Assembly (NCBI GenBank): GCA_965222905.1
Contig: OZ244976.1
Coordinates: 7,056,020-7,120,019, forward strand
DNA from: Vicinamibacterales bacterium
GTDB lineage: Bacteria; Acidobacteriota; Vicinamibacteria; Vicinamibacterales; UBA8438
Length of the DNA stretch: 64,000 nucleotides
Direction of reading: 5' to 3'
The notes under the pieces were generated by a model. It searched no databases. It had not been told where the DNA came from and saw nothing but the letters and a program-made list of their open reading frames with translations. The first letter of the stretch is position 1, and every line of letters starts with the position of its first letter. A program made the translations under genes and the position numbers. Below are positions 9,086 through 17,489 of the stretch, one piece after another.

Positions 9086-10270
9086 CTACGCGAGTTTGAC
9101 TTTCGTCCGCACGAAACCGGCCGGCCGAAGCACCTTGAAGTTGTGCAGGGCGACGGCCGTTACCTGAATCTGGCCCTTGTCGGCGTTCGTGATTTCGTCA
9201 CGAATGAGTTTGAGACCTTCCCAGATCGGGCATACCGCGTTCATGCCATCCGCGGCGCCCAGCTTCGCGAGAATGCCGGATTGGATCTGACCGCTCGCCG
9301 CGGGAATGTTGGCGCTCGCCATGAAGTCACGCAAGATGCGGCGCAACCGCTCGGTCGCTGACGTACTGTCGTTGGCCTGAATCAATCCGACCAGGGCTTG
9401 GTACGTCGTCGTGCCGATCACCCATGCACACTCGTTTTCACCGCCAGCGAAAACGCCATCCACGCCCCGCGCGGCCTGTTCGGCCGCCTTGGCGAAGTCG
9501 ATGACGTCGCCCGGATCCGCGTAGTCGGGAATCCCGCCGTTGGCTGCCGTCGCCAGGAACCCGCGAACGGTCGCACTGCCGGCGCCGATTAATTGCTTGT
9601 CGAGCTGATCGGCGATGGTCAACCGCAAGTCTTCGGTCAGGGCCGCATCAAGCCCCATCGTCGTCATCTCGTCTTCGATGCGGAATTGAACGCGCGCCTG
9701 TACGCGCTTGGGCAGGAGCACGTTCGGCCCGATGACACCGGCCTCGGCGTCCTTCTCGCCGTCGGCGGCGACGAACGCGGCGGCCGGCCCGGTCGTGATG
9801 ATCGGATACAATGCCTGCCCGACTCCGACACTCGGCATCATGACACCGAGTCGGGCCACAGCCGCACGACTGAACACCCGCTGGAGGATCGCCGCCTGAT
9901 TGACCGGGTTCCCGCTCGCCGGGGCCGGCGTCACGGCATCGGCGCGCAGCTCGGCCGCGGCCGGTGGGGGCGGCAGCATGACGTCCCAAGGGACGTGATT
10001 CTGCGACAGCCCGCGATGCTCGGCCAGCTCGTTTTCGGCGCCGTCCACTTGTCCGCCGTCGGCGAACGCCGTCAGGTAACGCCCGAGAGACACGCGGCCC
10101 TGCAAGTCGCGCAACGCGCGGGTCTCCGCGTCCGGTTCGTCGGCGCCGCCGCGGGTCTCGGCCGCGCGTAGCTCCGCGTCTTCGGCGATCAGAGCGGCCC
10201 GGTGCCGAGTCTCGACGTTCCCGTACTCGGTCGTGAGCTTGTCCGCTTCGGTGCGGATCTCCGGTGTCAT
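9086..10270 (-). CDS. HK97-type major capsid protein
   Basis: 394-aa ORF with an N-terminal coiled delta-like region (EIRTEADKLTTEYGNVETRHRAALIAE) and a capsid fold region (...YPIITTG...VQFRIEDEMT...WEGLKLIRDEIT...). A capsid-like extension continues upstream to the ATG at 10354 but is cut by a TAG at 10346..10348. Confidence 0.85.
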   Translation of the reverse strand: MTPEIRTEADKLTTEYGNVETRHRAALIAEDAELRAAETRGGADEPDAETRALRDLQGRVSLGRYLTAFADGGQVDGAENELAEHRGLSQNHVPWDVMLPPPPAAAELRADAVTPAPASGNPVNQAAILQRVFSRAAVARLGVMMPSVGVGQALYPIITTGPAAAFVAADGEKDAEAGVIGPNVLLPKRVQARVQFRIEDEMTTMGLDAALTEDLRLTIADQLDKQLIGAGSATVRGFLATAANGGIPDYADPGDVIDFAKAAEQAARGVDGVFAGGENECAWVIGTTTYQALVGLIQANDSTSATERLRRILRDFMASANIPAASGQIQSGILAKLGAADGMNAVCPIWEGLKLIRDEITNADKGQIQVTAVALHNFKVLRPAGFVRTKVKLA

Positions 10271-10371
10271 CGCATCGTCGGCGAGCCCGGCAATCTCGGC
10301 CAGGCGCGTACGGATCTCGGATGCGCGAATCTGGTGTTGCTGGCTCTAGGTCATAAGCAGACGTTATCACA

Positions 10372-10434
10372 AGAACGGAATCAGGTTATAGAACGGAATC
10401 CGGACCCTCTTGAAAGACAACCCTACCAGTAGGG
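10372..10434. promoter_or_regulatory. Candidate operator/promoter region between the capsid gene and a divergent small ORF
   Basis: 11-bp direct repeat AGAACGGAATC at 10372..10382 and 10390..10400, plus palindrome CCCTAC-ca-GTAGGG at 10421..10434, in a locally AT-rich intergenic stretch. Confidence 0.3.
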
Positions 10435-10447
10435 TATATTTAGGAGC

Positions 10448-10618
10448 ATGAGCATTGCGGATTGGCTCGCATTGGGGAATTTTGGGTTGACGGCATTCGT
10501 TGCGTACGGCGTGTTCCGGTTGAACAGCAAGTTCGACACGCTCAAGGGCCGCGTAGACGAACAAGGCGAGAATCAACGGGCGCACGTCAACGCGGCCGGC
10601 CTGCACGCGCAACGCTAG
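10448..10618 (+). CDS. Small membrane protein (56 aa, below the ORF-track cut-off), probably 3'-truncated by IS-A
   Basis: AGGAG sits 7 nt upstream of the ATG at 10448. Translation is MSIADWLALGNFGLTAFVAYGVFRLNSKFDTLKGRVDEQGENQRAHVNAAGLHAQR*. Its TAG (10616..10618) is supplied by the CTAG terminus of the adjacent IS. Confidence 0.35.
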   Translation: MSIADWLALGNFGLTAFVAYGVFRLNSKFDTLKGRVDEQGENQRAHVNAAGLHAQR

Positions 10619-10679
10619 CCCTGCCTTGTACCCGCATTCAGGGCTGGACAAATCAGCTTCCGCCGTGTAGCGTCACGGC

Positions 10680-13073
10680 ATGGAGCACCAGAACCAGATA
10701 CTACAGACGCTTCGTGCGCCGGAGTCGCAAGCTCGCCTCGAGCGGATTGTGTCGCAGGAGTCGCTGAACAACCGAGCGGCGGTGGGGCGGCGGGTGTGCG
10801 CGGAGTTCGGGTTTGTCGATGCGCGCGGGTCGGCCCAACTCGCGGGTTGTCTCAAGGCGCTCAACACGCTGCACAAGGCGGGGCGGATTGCGTTGCCGGC
10901 GTCGCGGCGCGGCGGGGGCGCGCCCACGCCGCAGCGTTTCGACGCGCCGGTGGCAGCGGCCACGGCGGTGCCGGGTACGGTGGAGGCGGTCGCGGGGTTG
11001 TCGCTGGAGCGGGTAGAGCAAGGCGGGCAGCGCCGGGTGTGGAATACCTTGCTGCACTTCGAGCATCCGCAGGGGACGACGACCTTTGCGGGCTGCCAGG
11101 TTCGCTATCTGGTGGTCTCGGCGCACGGGGTGCTGGGCGCGGTCGGGTTTTCGGCCGCGGCGTTGCAATTGCGGGCGCGCGAGGCGTGGATGGGATGGAG
11201 CGCTGAGCAACGCCAAGCCCATCTGCACCGGGTGCTGTGCCTGAGCCGGTTCCTGATCCGCCCCGGGGTGCAATGCCGCAACCTGGCCAGCCAGGTGCTG
11301 GGCCAGGTGCTGGCGCGTGTGGCGGAGGATTTCGAAGCCCGCTACCAGTATCGTCCGTGGCTGGTGGAGACCTTCGTCGGCCCCGCGCATGACGGCGCCA
11401 GCTTCAAGGCGGCCAACTTCGTGTGGGTCGGCCAGACGGCCGGTCGCGGGCGCCAGGACCGCGACCACGCGCGGGCTCGTCCGGTCAAGTCGGTATATAT
11501 GTACGAGTTGGAGCCGCACTGGCGGCGGCGGTTGGGGGTGGCGCGGGTCGACGCGGCGCCGGCGCTGGCGCCGGCTGACGGTCTCGACAGCGCCGCCTGG
11601 ACGGGGAACGAGTTTGGAGGGGCGCCGTTGGGCGATCAGCGGTTGTCGGCGCGTCTGGTCAAGAGCGCGGGGCTGCTGGCGTCGTTGCCCGGCGAGGCGA
11701 TCACCGCCAACGCGTCCCACGACCGCGCGGCGGTCAAGGGCTACTACCGGCTCATCGACCAGCCGGTGTCGTCGGCGGTCACGCCCGGGAACATTCTCGC
11801 GCCGCACCGGGCGCGCACGCTGCAGCGGATGCGCGGCCAGGACACGGTGCTGTGCATCCAGGACGGGACGGATCTGAACTTTGCGACGCGCCCGCACTGC
11901 GAGGGGCTGGGCATCATCGGGCGCAACCAGACGGCCTCGAAGACGCTCGGCCTGCATCTGCATCTGACCCTGGCGGTCGATGGCGCGGGTCTGCCGCTGG
12001 GCGTGCTGCGCTGCGGTTTCGAGGCGCCGCCGGGCGGCGCGGCGCGGCTGGCGGACGAGCCACCGCCGGCGGCGGCGCAGGAGACGGCCCCCAAGACGGC
12101 GCAGGAAGCCCCCAAGGCGGCGCAGGAGACGGCCCCCAAGACGCGGCGCTGGGTCGACGGCCTGCGCGACATCGACCGGGCGGCGGCGGCGTTGAGCCGC
12201 AAGACGCGGGTGCTCAGCGTCATGGACCGGGAGGCGGATTGCTTCGCGGTGTTCGACGAGCAGCGCCGTCTGAACCGGGTGGAAGTGCTGGTGCGCGCCC
12301 ACCATGACCGCTGTCTCGCCAAGGGCGCCCCGAAGCTGTTCGCCGCCATGCGCGCCGGCGCCGCCGACGGGCACGTCGAGATCGAGATCGACCGCCTGAG
12401 CGCGCGCCGCAAATCCAGCGGCAGGCAGGCCCGCCCGGCACGCATCGGGCGGGTGGCGCGGGCCGAGGTGCGCCATCGCCAAGTGGTGGCGCCGCCGACC
12501 ATCGCCGGCGCCGAACCGGTGACGCTGTCAACGGTCCATGTGCGCGAAACCGCGCCGCCGCCCGGTGAGCCGGCGGTCGAGTGGTTCCTGCTCACCAGCC
12601 TCGACGTCGACAGCACCGAAACCGCGGTCGCGGTCATCGGCTACTACCTGCGGCGCTGGCGCATCGAAGACCTGTTCCGGGTGCTCAAGTCCGGATGCCG
12701 AGTCGAACAGCTCGCGTTCCACACCGCCGACCGGCTCCAACGCGCGGTCACCATCAATACCGTGATCGCCTGGCGCCTGATGGTGATGACCCTCCTCGGA
12801 CGTGACGTGCCGGGGTGCGACGCCCAGTTGCTGTTCACCGACATCGAGTTGCGTTTCCTGACCGACTATGCCGAAGAACTCGGCCTGCCGCCCCCTGACC
12901 ATCTCGCCGCCGCAGTCCTTCTGCTGGCCATCCTCGGCGGCTACCAGAACCGAACGCACGACCCGCCCCCCGGACACCAGATCATGTGGCGCGGTTACGA
13001 ACGAATGTCCATCGCAACCATCGGCTACCGCATTGGACGACGGGCGCGTGCTGGAGTTGTTCAGAACGAATAA
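10680..13073 (+). CDS. Fusion transposase: N-terminal DUF4338-like (DruA-like) domain plus Tn5/IS50-type DDE transposase (intact, 797 aa)
   Basis: N-terminal part: VRYLVVSAHGVLGAVGFSAAALQLRAREAWMGWSAEQRQAHLHRVLCLSRFLIRP...CRNLASQVLG...YRPWLVETFV...FKAANFVWVGQTAGRGRQDR. This is followed by a Tn5-type DNA-binding N-domain (EFGGAPLGDQRLSARLV), then DDE motifs (CIQDGTDLNF, VMDREAD, YYLRRWRIEDLFRVLKSG). Confidence 0.8.
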   Translation: MEHQNQILQTLRAPESQARLERIVSQESLNNRAAVGRRVCAEFGFVDARGSAQLAGCLKALNTLHKAGRIALPASRRGGGAPTPQRFDAPVAAATAVPGTVEAVAGLSLERVEQGGQRRVWNTLLHFEHPQGTTTFAGCQVRYLVVSAHGVLGAVGFSAAALQLRAREAWMGWSAEQRQAHLHRVLCLSRFLIRPGVQCRNLASQVLGQVLARVAEDFEARYQYRPWLVETFVGPAHDGASFKAANFVWVGQTAGRGRQDRDHARARPVKSVYMYELEPHWRRRLGVARVDAAPALAPADGLDSAAWTGNEFGGAPLGDQRLSARLVKSAGLLASLPGEAITANASHDRAAVKGYYRLIDQPVSSAVTPGNILAPHRARTLQRMRGQDTVLCIQDGTDLNFATRPHCEGLGIIGRNQTASKTLGLHLHLTLAVDGAGLPLGVLRCGFEAPPGGAARLADEPPPAAAQETAPKTAQEAPKAAQETAPKTRRWVDGLRDIDRAAAALSRKTRVLSVMDREADCFAVFDEQRRLNRVEVLVRAHHDRCLAKGAPKLFAAMRAGAADGHVEIEIDRLSARRKSSGRQARPARIGRVARAEVRHRQVVAPPTIAGAEPVTLSTVHVRETAPPPGEPAVEWFLLTSLDVDSTETAVAVIGYYLRRWRIEDLFRVLKSGCRVEQLAFHTADRLQRAVTINTVIAWRLMVMTLLGRDVPGCDAQLLFTDIELRFLTDYAEELGLPPPDHLAAAVLLLAILGGYQNRTHDPPPGHQIMWRGYERMSIATIGYRIGRRARAGVVQNE
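12075..12143 (+). repeat. In-frame 24/21/24-nt tandem repeat inside the IS-A transposase (AQETAPKT-AQEAPKA-AQETAPKT)
   Basis: gcgcaggagacggcccccaagacg / gcgcaggaagcccccaaggcg / gcgcaggagacggcccccaagacg, read directly from the sequence. Confidence 0.9.
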
Positions 13074-13091
13074 TGTGGGTACAGGGCAGCG

Positions 13092-13330
13092 CTAGCCGTC
13101 CGCCAGGCGCCGCGCGAGTTCGGCGCGCCACTCGGACCGATCCGGCCCCGGCCGGCGCCCATCCGCGGCGCAGTGGCACGGACGGCACAGCGGGCGCAGG
13201 TTCGCCGGCCGGTCGTCGTTCGGGTCTCCGTTGACATGGTGCAATTCGAGCCGGCCGGCCCGGCCGCACTCGGCGCAACCCCAGCCGGCAGCGTCCATGA
13301 GGCGGCGCCGTAGCCGTTGTGTACGGCGAG
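13092..13330 (-). pseudogene. HNH endonuclease domain (phage-type); upstream part unclear, stop codon supplied by the IS-A terminus
   Basis: C-terminus of ORF 13092..13601: WGCAECGRAGRLELHHVNGDPNDDRPANLRPLCRPCH. The TAG at 13092..13094 lies inside the IS-A CTAG end. The N-terminal region overlaps the AlpA frame, so the gene structure is degraded. Confidence 0.55.
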
Positions 13331-13399
13331 CCCGGCCGCGCCGCGCCGTCCAAGTATCTCCGGGACAAACGGCCCGTCGCCGTAAATCGTGATCGCCAG

Positions 13400-13567
13400 A
13401 AACCGGCCGTTCTTCGCCGAGACCGACGAACGCATGCCGGCAACCGCGGCCCGGTGCCGTTCCTGTAACACGCGCGGGAAGTCGCCGGACTTCTCCCAGT
13501 CCCATATCGAAGTCCGGGAGTAAGACGTTCGCTTGATGACGTCCTTGACGGTGATTAGCTGCTCCAT
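13400..13567 (-). CDS. AlpA-like (prophage CP4-57 regulatory / excisionase-type) helix-turn-helix protein; 3' boundary uncertain
   Basis: MEQLITVKDVIKRTSYSRTSIWDWEKSGDFPRVL...AAVAGMRSSV matches the AlpA HTH pattern. The track ORF 13061..13567 lacks a natural stop and runs on into the HNH region and the IS. Confidence 0.55.
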
Positions 13568-13626
13568 GCTGTGATGATACGCGGCTGTGGATGCGTGTCA
13601 AATAAGAATCGAGTATGGTTCGTGCT

Positions 13627-13648
13627 CATACCCCAATAATGGGGTATG
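13627..13648. promoter_or_regulatory. Palindrome CATACCCC-aataat-GGGGTATG upstream of the AlpA-like gene
   Basis: 8-bp arms read directly from the sequence. A further GGGGTATA half-site lies at 13672..13679, and a related GGGTATAT at 10432..10439 sits in the capsid-upstream region. Confidence 0.3.
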
Positions 13649-13783
13649 CGTCAGTCACGGTTATTATTACCGGGGTATAACTTAGAACTGACAAACGGGT
13701 GCTCCGGGAACCAACACGCCCGTACGCAACGAACCCCGCCGAGCGGGGGCGGGGTCCCTGCCGGGGGCGCCGGGGCCGGGCGC

Positions 13784-14023
13784 CTACGCGATGTAGGCAG
13801 CCCACGCATCCATCAGGGCGCGGCGACGGTCGAAGAGGTCCGAGCGGGCGTACGATCGCTCAACGGTGCTGCCGACGACGTGTGACAGCGCGTGCTCGGC
13901 AGCCTCGCGATCCTGTCCCGTCTCGCCGGCCCAGTCGCGGAAGCTGCTTCGGAACCCGTGGACCGTGGCCCCGCTGTCCTTGATGCACCGGCTCAGACCT
14001 TCGGCCGACATCGGGCGCCGGGT
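13784..14023 (-). pseudogene. Tyrosine integrase, C-terminal catalytic part (split from the N-part by IS-B)
   Basis: MSAEGLSRCIKDSGATVHGFRSSFRDWAGE...ALSHVVGSTVERSYARSDLFDRRRALMDAW contains the HxxR and catalytic Tyr region. It joins in frame to ...YVFASERTGRP at 16190. Confidence 0.8.
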
Positions 14024-16189
14024 CTAGCAGTCAATCACAGTTAACACAGGCAAGGGGTTCCGTGTAGAACGTGCTGTGTGCGGATTGGTCTGCGGATATT
14101 GCAGCCGGAGACGGTGGAATGGCTGCGCGGGGCGTTGGAGCGTGGGGAGCAGTCGCGGGCTTCTCTGGGGCGTGAGCTGTGCGCGCGTGACGGGTGGCGC
14201 AACGCGCGGGGGGCGTTGTGCGCGGCGTCGGCTCGCAAGGCACTGCCGCGTCTGGCGGCGGCGTTGGGGTTGTCTCTGCCGCCGGCGCAGCCGGGTCCGT
14301 TGCGTCGTGGTTGCGGTCCGGCGGCGTGCGCGTCGGGGTTGCCGCTGACGGCATTCAGCGGCAGCCTGGCGGCGTTGGGCGCAGTCGGTGTGCGGGTGGC
14401 GGACACGGCAGCGGAGCGCCGGTTGTGTGGTCGTCTTCTGGAGGCGTGCCACCCGCTGGGTCGGTCGCGCGCGCCGGGCTGCCGTCTGACGTATCTGTTG
14501 GAGGCGGAGTCTGGCGTGTTGGGGGTTCTGAGCTTCGTGTCGGCGCCGTTGCGGTTGGGTCCTCGCGACGCGCACCTGGGTTGGGACGACCGCACGCGGG
14601 GGTTGCACATCGGGCAGGTTGTTTCCAACGACCGCTTTCTGCTGTTGCCTTCGGTTCGGGTACCGCACTTGGCGTCGCACGTGTTGGGGCGTGCGGTGGG
14701 TCGTCTGGCGTCGGACTGGTCGTCGCGGCACGGGGTTCGGCCGGTGTTGGTGGAGACGTGCGTGGAGGCGTCGCGTCCGGCGACCAGCTACCGTGCGGCG
14801 GGTTGGGAGTGCGTGGGCCGGACGGCGGGTCGGCCGCCGGGGTCTGCGGCGCCGGTCGCGCCGAAGGGGGTGTGGCTGCGGGGTCTGGAATCGGGTTGGG
14901 CGGAGACGTTGCGGCGGCCGGCGGTTCGGGCGCCGGGGTCGTATCCGGCGCTCGGGGCCGAAGACGCGTCGTGTTGGGCGCGGCGCGAGTTCGGGCGTTC
15001 GGACCTGGCCGACGGGCGCTTGCGGTCGCGTCTGGAGCGGTTGGGCGGGGCCTGGGAGCGGCATCCGGGCGCGCCGCTGCCGGCGGTCTTTCCGGGCAGC
15101 GCCGAGCAACAGGCGGCGTATCGTTTCCTGCACAATAAGAAGGTGCATGGCGACGACATCCTGCAACCGCACCGCGAGGCGCTGGTGGAACGCTGCCGGC
15201 AGGAATCGGCGGTGCTGCTGGTGCAGGATACGACGACGCTGAACTACACCGGGTTGAAGGAGAGCACGCAGGGGTTGGGTCCGCTTCAGGAACGTACGAG
15301 CAGCGCGCGGGGTCTGTTCGTGCATGCGGCGGTGGCGTTCAGCGAGGGTCGGCGGGCGTTGGGGGTGAGCGGCCTGGAGACGTGGGCGCGGCCGGAAGCC
15401 GAACCCGAGACCGAGCGGGAGAAGGAGAGCCGGCGCTGGTTCCGGGGGTTCGACCAGGGCCGGGCATTGGGGCGGGCCTGCCCGCACACGCGGGTGGTGG
15501 TGGTCGGGGACCGCGAGAGCGACATCTACGCCCTGCTGAAGTGGCAGGCCGAGCACGCGGCCGAGGCGGGTCTGGTGGTGCGGGCGAACGCGAGCCGGCG
15601 ACGGCGGGTGCAGGTGTGGGACCCGCACCTGCGGGCGACAATGCTGCGCACGCTGGGGTCGCAGCCGGACTTCGAGACGCCGGTGCGGACCGGCCGGGCG
15701 GTGCGGATCGGCGCGCAGGGCGGAAAGCGGGCGCGGCGGAAGCGGACGGCGGTGACCGAGTGTGCATCGGGCAGGTGGCACTGCAGCCGCCGAAGGAGCG
15801 GCCGGATGACGGTCCGGTGACCGCGTGGGTGGTGCGCGTGCTGGAGACCGACCCGCCGGCGGGACAAGCGCCGCTGGAGTGGCTGTTGGTGTCGAGCGAG
15901 GGGGGACCGACGGCCGAATGGGCCGAACGCATCGTGGGCTGGTATGAGGCCCGCTGGGGCATCGAGGAGTACTTCCGGGTGCTCAAGAGCGGAACGCGGA
16001 TCGAGGACCGGCGGCTGCAGGAGGCCGACGCGCTGGTCAAGTGCCTGGCCTTCGACGCTATCACGGCCTGGCGGGTGTGCAGCCTGGACCGCTACGCCCG
16101 GGACGCGCCCGACACGCCGGCCGACGAGGTGCTGACCGACGACGAGCGGCAGGTGATCGGTACCGTGGTGCGGGCCGAACGGCTGCTGC
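14024..16189 (+). mobile_element. IS-B: second, divergent DUF4338-like/Tn5-type element inserted in the integrase gene
   Basis: Bounded by an 11/12-bp direct repeat (14012..14023 cgggcgccgggt; 16190..16201 cgggcgcccggt) whose removal restores the integrase reading frame. The left end CTAGCAGTCAATC resembles the CTAGC ends of IS-A and IS-C. The right end is only weakly inverted-repeat-like. Confidence 0.7.
14078..16189 (+). pseudogene. DUF4338-like/Tn5-type fusion transposase, frameshifted (about 15760) and lacking the C-terminal about 45 aa
   Basis: ORF 14078..15820 (LTYLLEAESGVLGVLSFVSAPLRLGPRDAHLGWD...HLASHVLG...RPVLVETCV...YRAAGWECVGRTAGR; VQDTTTLNY; VGDRESD) continues in the frame of ORF 15382..16647 (LEWLLVSS...YEARWGIEEYFRVLKSG). 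Similarity ends at RAERLLP at the element boundary. Confidence 0.75.
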
Positions 16190-17236
16190 CGGGCGCCCGG
16201 TCCGCTCGGATGCGAAGACGTAGCGCTTGTGCAGGCCGGCCCGCTCGCGCAGGATTGCCAGGGCCGCATCCGACAGCGGTACCCGATGCTCGCGCTTGGT
16301 CTTCATGCGCGATGCCGGGATCGTCCACGTCGCCGCGTCAAGGTCGAACTCATCCCACTGCGCTTCGCGAGCTTCGACCGAGCGGACAGCGGTCAGCACG
16401 ACGAACCGGATGCAGGCTTTCACCGCATCGCCTGACGAACCGGAGTCGACACCGGCGAGGATGCCGGCAACCTCGCCGTACGGCGCCGCGGCGTGGTGCT
16501 CGTTGTTCTGGCGCTTCAGGCGCGGCAAGCTCGCATCAAGGCCGCCGTTCGCGGCGCAGTTGGAATCGACCCACTCGCGCGACAGTGCCAGCTCGAGCAC
16601 CGCGGCGATCCGCTGCTTTGCCTTGCGCGCCTCGGACACGGACGTGATCGCCGACAGCGTGTCGATCACGTCCTGCCGAGTCAGCGTGTTGACGCGCCGA
16701 CTCCCGAGCCGCGGCAGCACGTAGCGCCGCATCGTCCCCTGCCACGACTTCATGGACGCGGCGGACCATCTGTCCCGGTTGGCGTCCAGAGTGGCGATCA
16801 CCGCGTCCGCGATGGTCGGCGCCGCCTCTCGCTTGACCGCGGCGAACGGCTGCCCACCGCGGCGAGCGGCGAACCGGTTGCGTGCGGCGGTCTCGCGAGC
16901 TTCCGCCAGCGTCACGAGGCCGTCCTGTACGACCCTGCCTGCCGCGAGGCCCTGACGGCGCTCAATGCGCGGCTTGTGAAGGCCCTGCCGCCGCGCGGAT
17001 GACACCCGGATGCCGGATGTCTCCGCGCGTGAGGTACATCGGTGCTACGCCGCGATCCCCCAGAGGCGTCGCACGAACTGCAGATAGGCGGTCCGCAAGT
17101 GCTGTGAACGCCGGGCATCGGTCGCCCGTCGGAGCGACTCGTGGGGATCCTGGCGCGGCGGCGCGGCGGAAAGCCGCAGCCGCGGGTGGGCATTACGGGC
17201 GACGGTCGCCCCGTTCGCCTGTCGTCGTGTCGGCAT
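16190..17236 (-). pseudogene. Tyrosine integrase, N-terminal part (P4/DUF4102-like arm region) with an in-frame TAG
   Basis: GGAGGAG RBS plus ATG at 17236 (MPTRRQANGATVARNAHP...). In-frame TAG at 17045..17047. It then continues in the same frame as ORF 16061..17005 (LVTLAEARE...WTIPASRMKTKREHRVPLSDAALAILRE...YVFASERTGRP). Confidence 0.8.
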
Positions 17237-17489
17237 CGTTTTCTCCTCCTCCACAGGCAGGGCGAATCGGCCTCTGCCCAACTAATAATCTTAACGCGGA
17301 GATACATGTAAAAAAGCATCTTCACGTAAATTTTTTGTATATTCGGCGTTTCTCAGGATTCAAAGAGAGCGCCCGCGTGCGGGAGAACGGATCGGAGCAT
17401 GCGGCGCCGGACGATCGACGCGACGGCGCACTGGAGCCGGGTGGCCGGTCTTCGGCCCGACGGTCATGGGACGCTGGTAGAATGCGCGG

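Larger units (their letters stand above)
10615..13095 (+). mobile_element. IS-A: IS4/Tn5-like element encoding a DUF4338-like/Tn5-type fusion transposase (2481 bp)
   Basis: Terminal IRs are CTAGCCCTGCCTTGTACCCGCATTC (10615..) and the reverse complement of 13071..13095, CTAGCGCTGCCCTGTACCCACATTA (21/25 match). No matching target duplication. Confidence 0.8.

Noticed and set aside
12075-12143. Tandem repeat as a possible CRISPR or minisatellite locus.
   Set aside because: There are only three units with no spacers, and they sit in frame inside a transposase ORF. No CRISPR-like repeat-spacer architecture exists anywhere in the window.
14012-16201. IS-B as an intact, complete element.
   Set aside because: The 11/12-bp flanking repeat supports a bona fide insertion. 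Against that, the transposase is frameshifted, lacks about 45 C-terminal residues compared with IS-A and IS-C, has no stop inside the element, and has a right end that only weakly mirrors the left. I treat it as defective with an uncertain right terminus.
9086-17047. Amber (TAG) codon reassignment in the phage-like island.
   Set aside because: The capsid and integrase genes themselves terminate at TAG (9086..9088, 13784..13786), and other lesions (frameshifts, IS insertions) show the island is decaying. Nonsense mutation is the simpler explanation.
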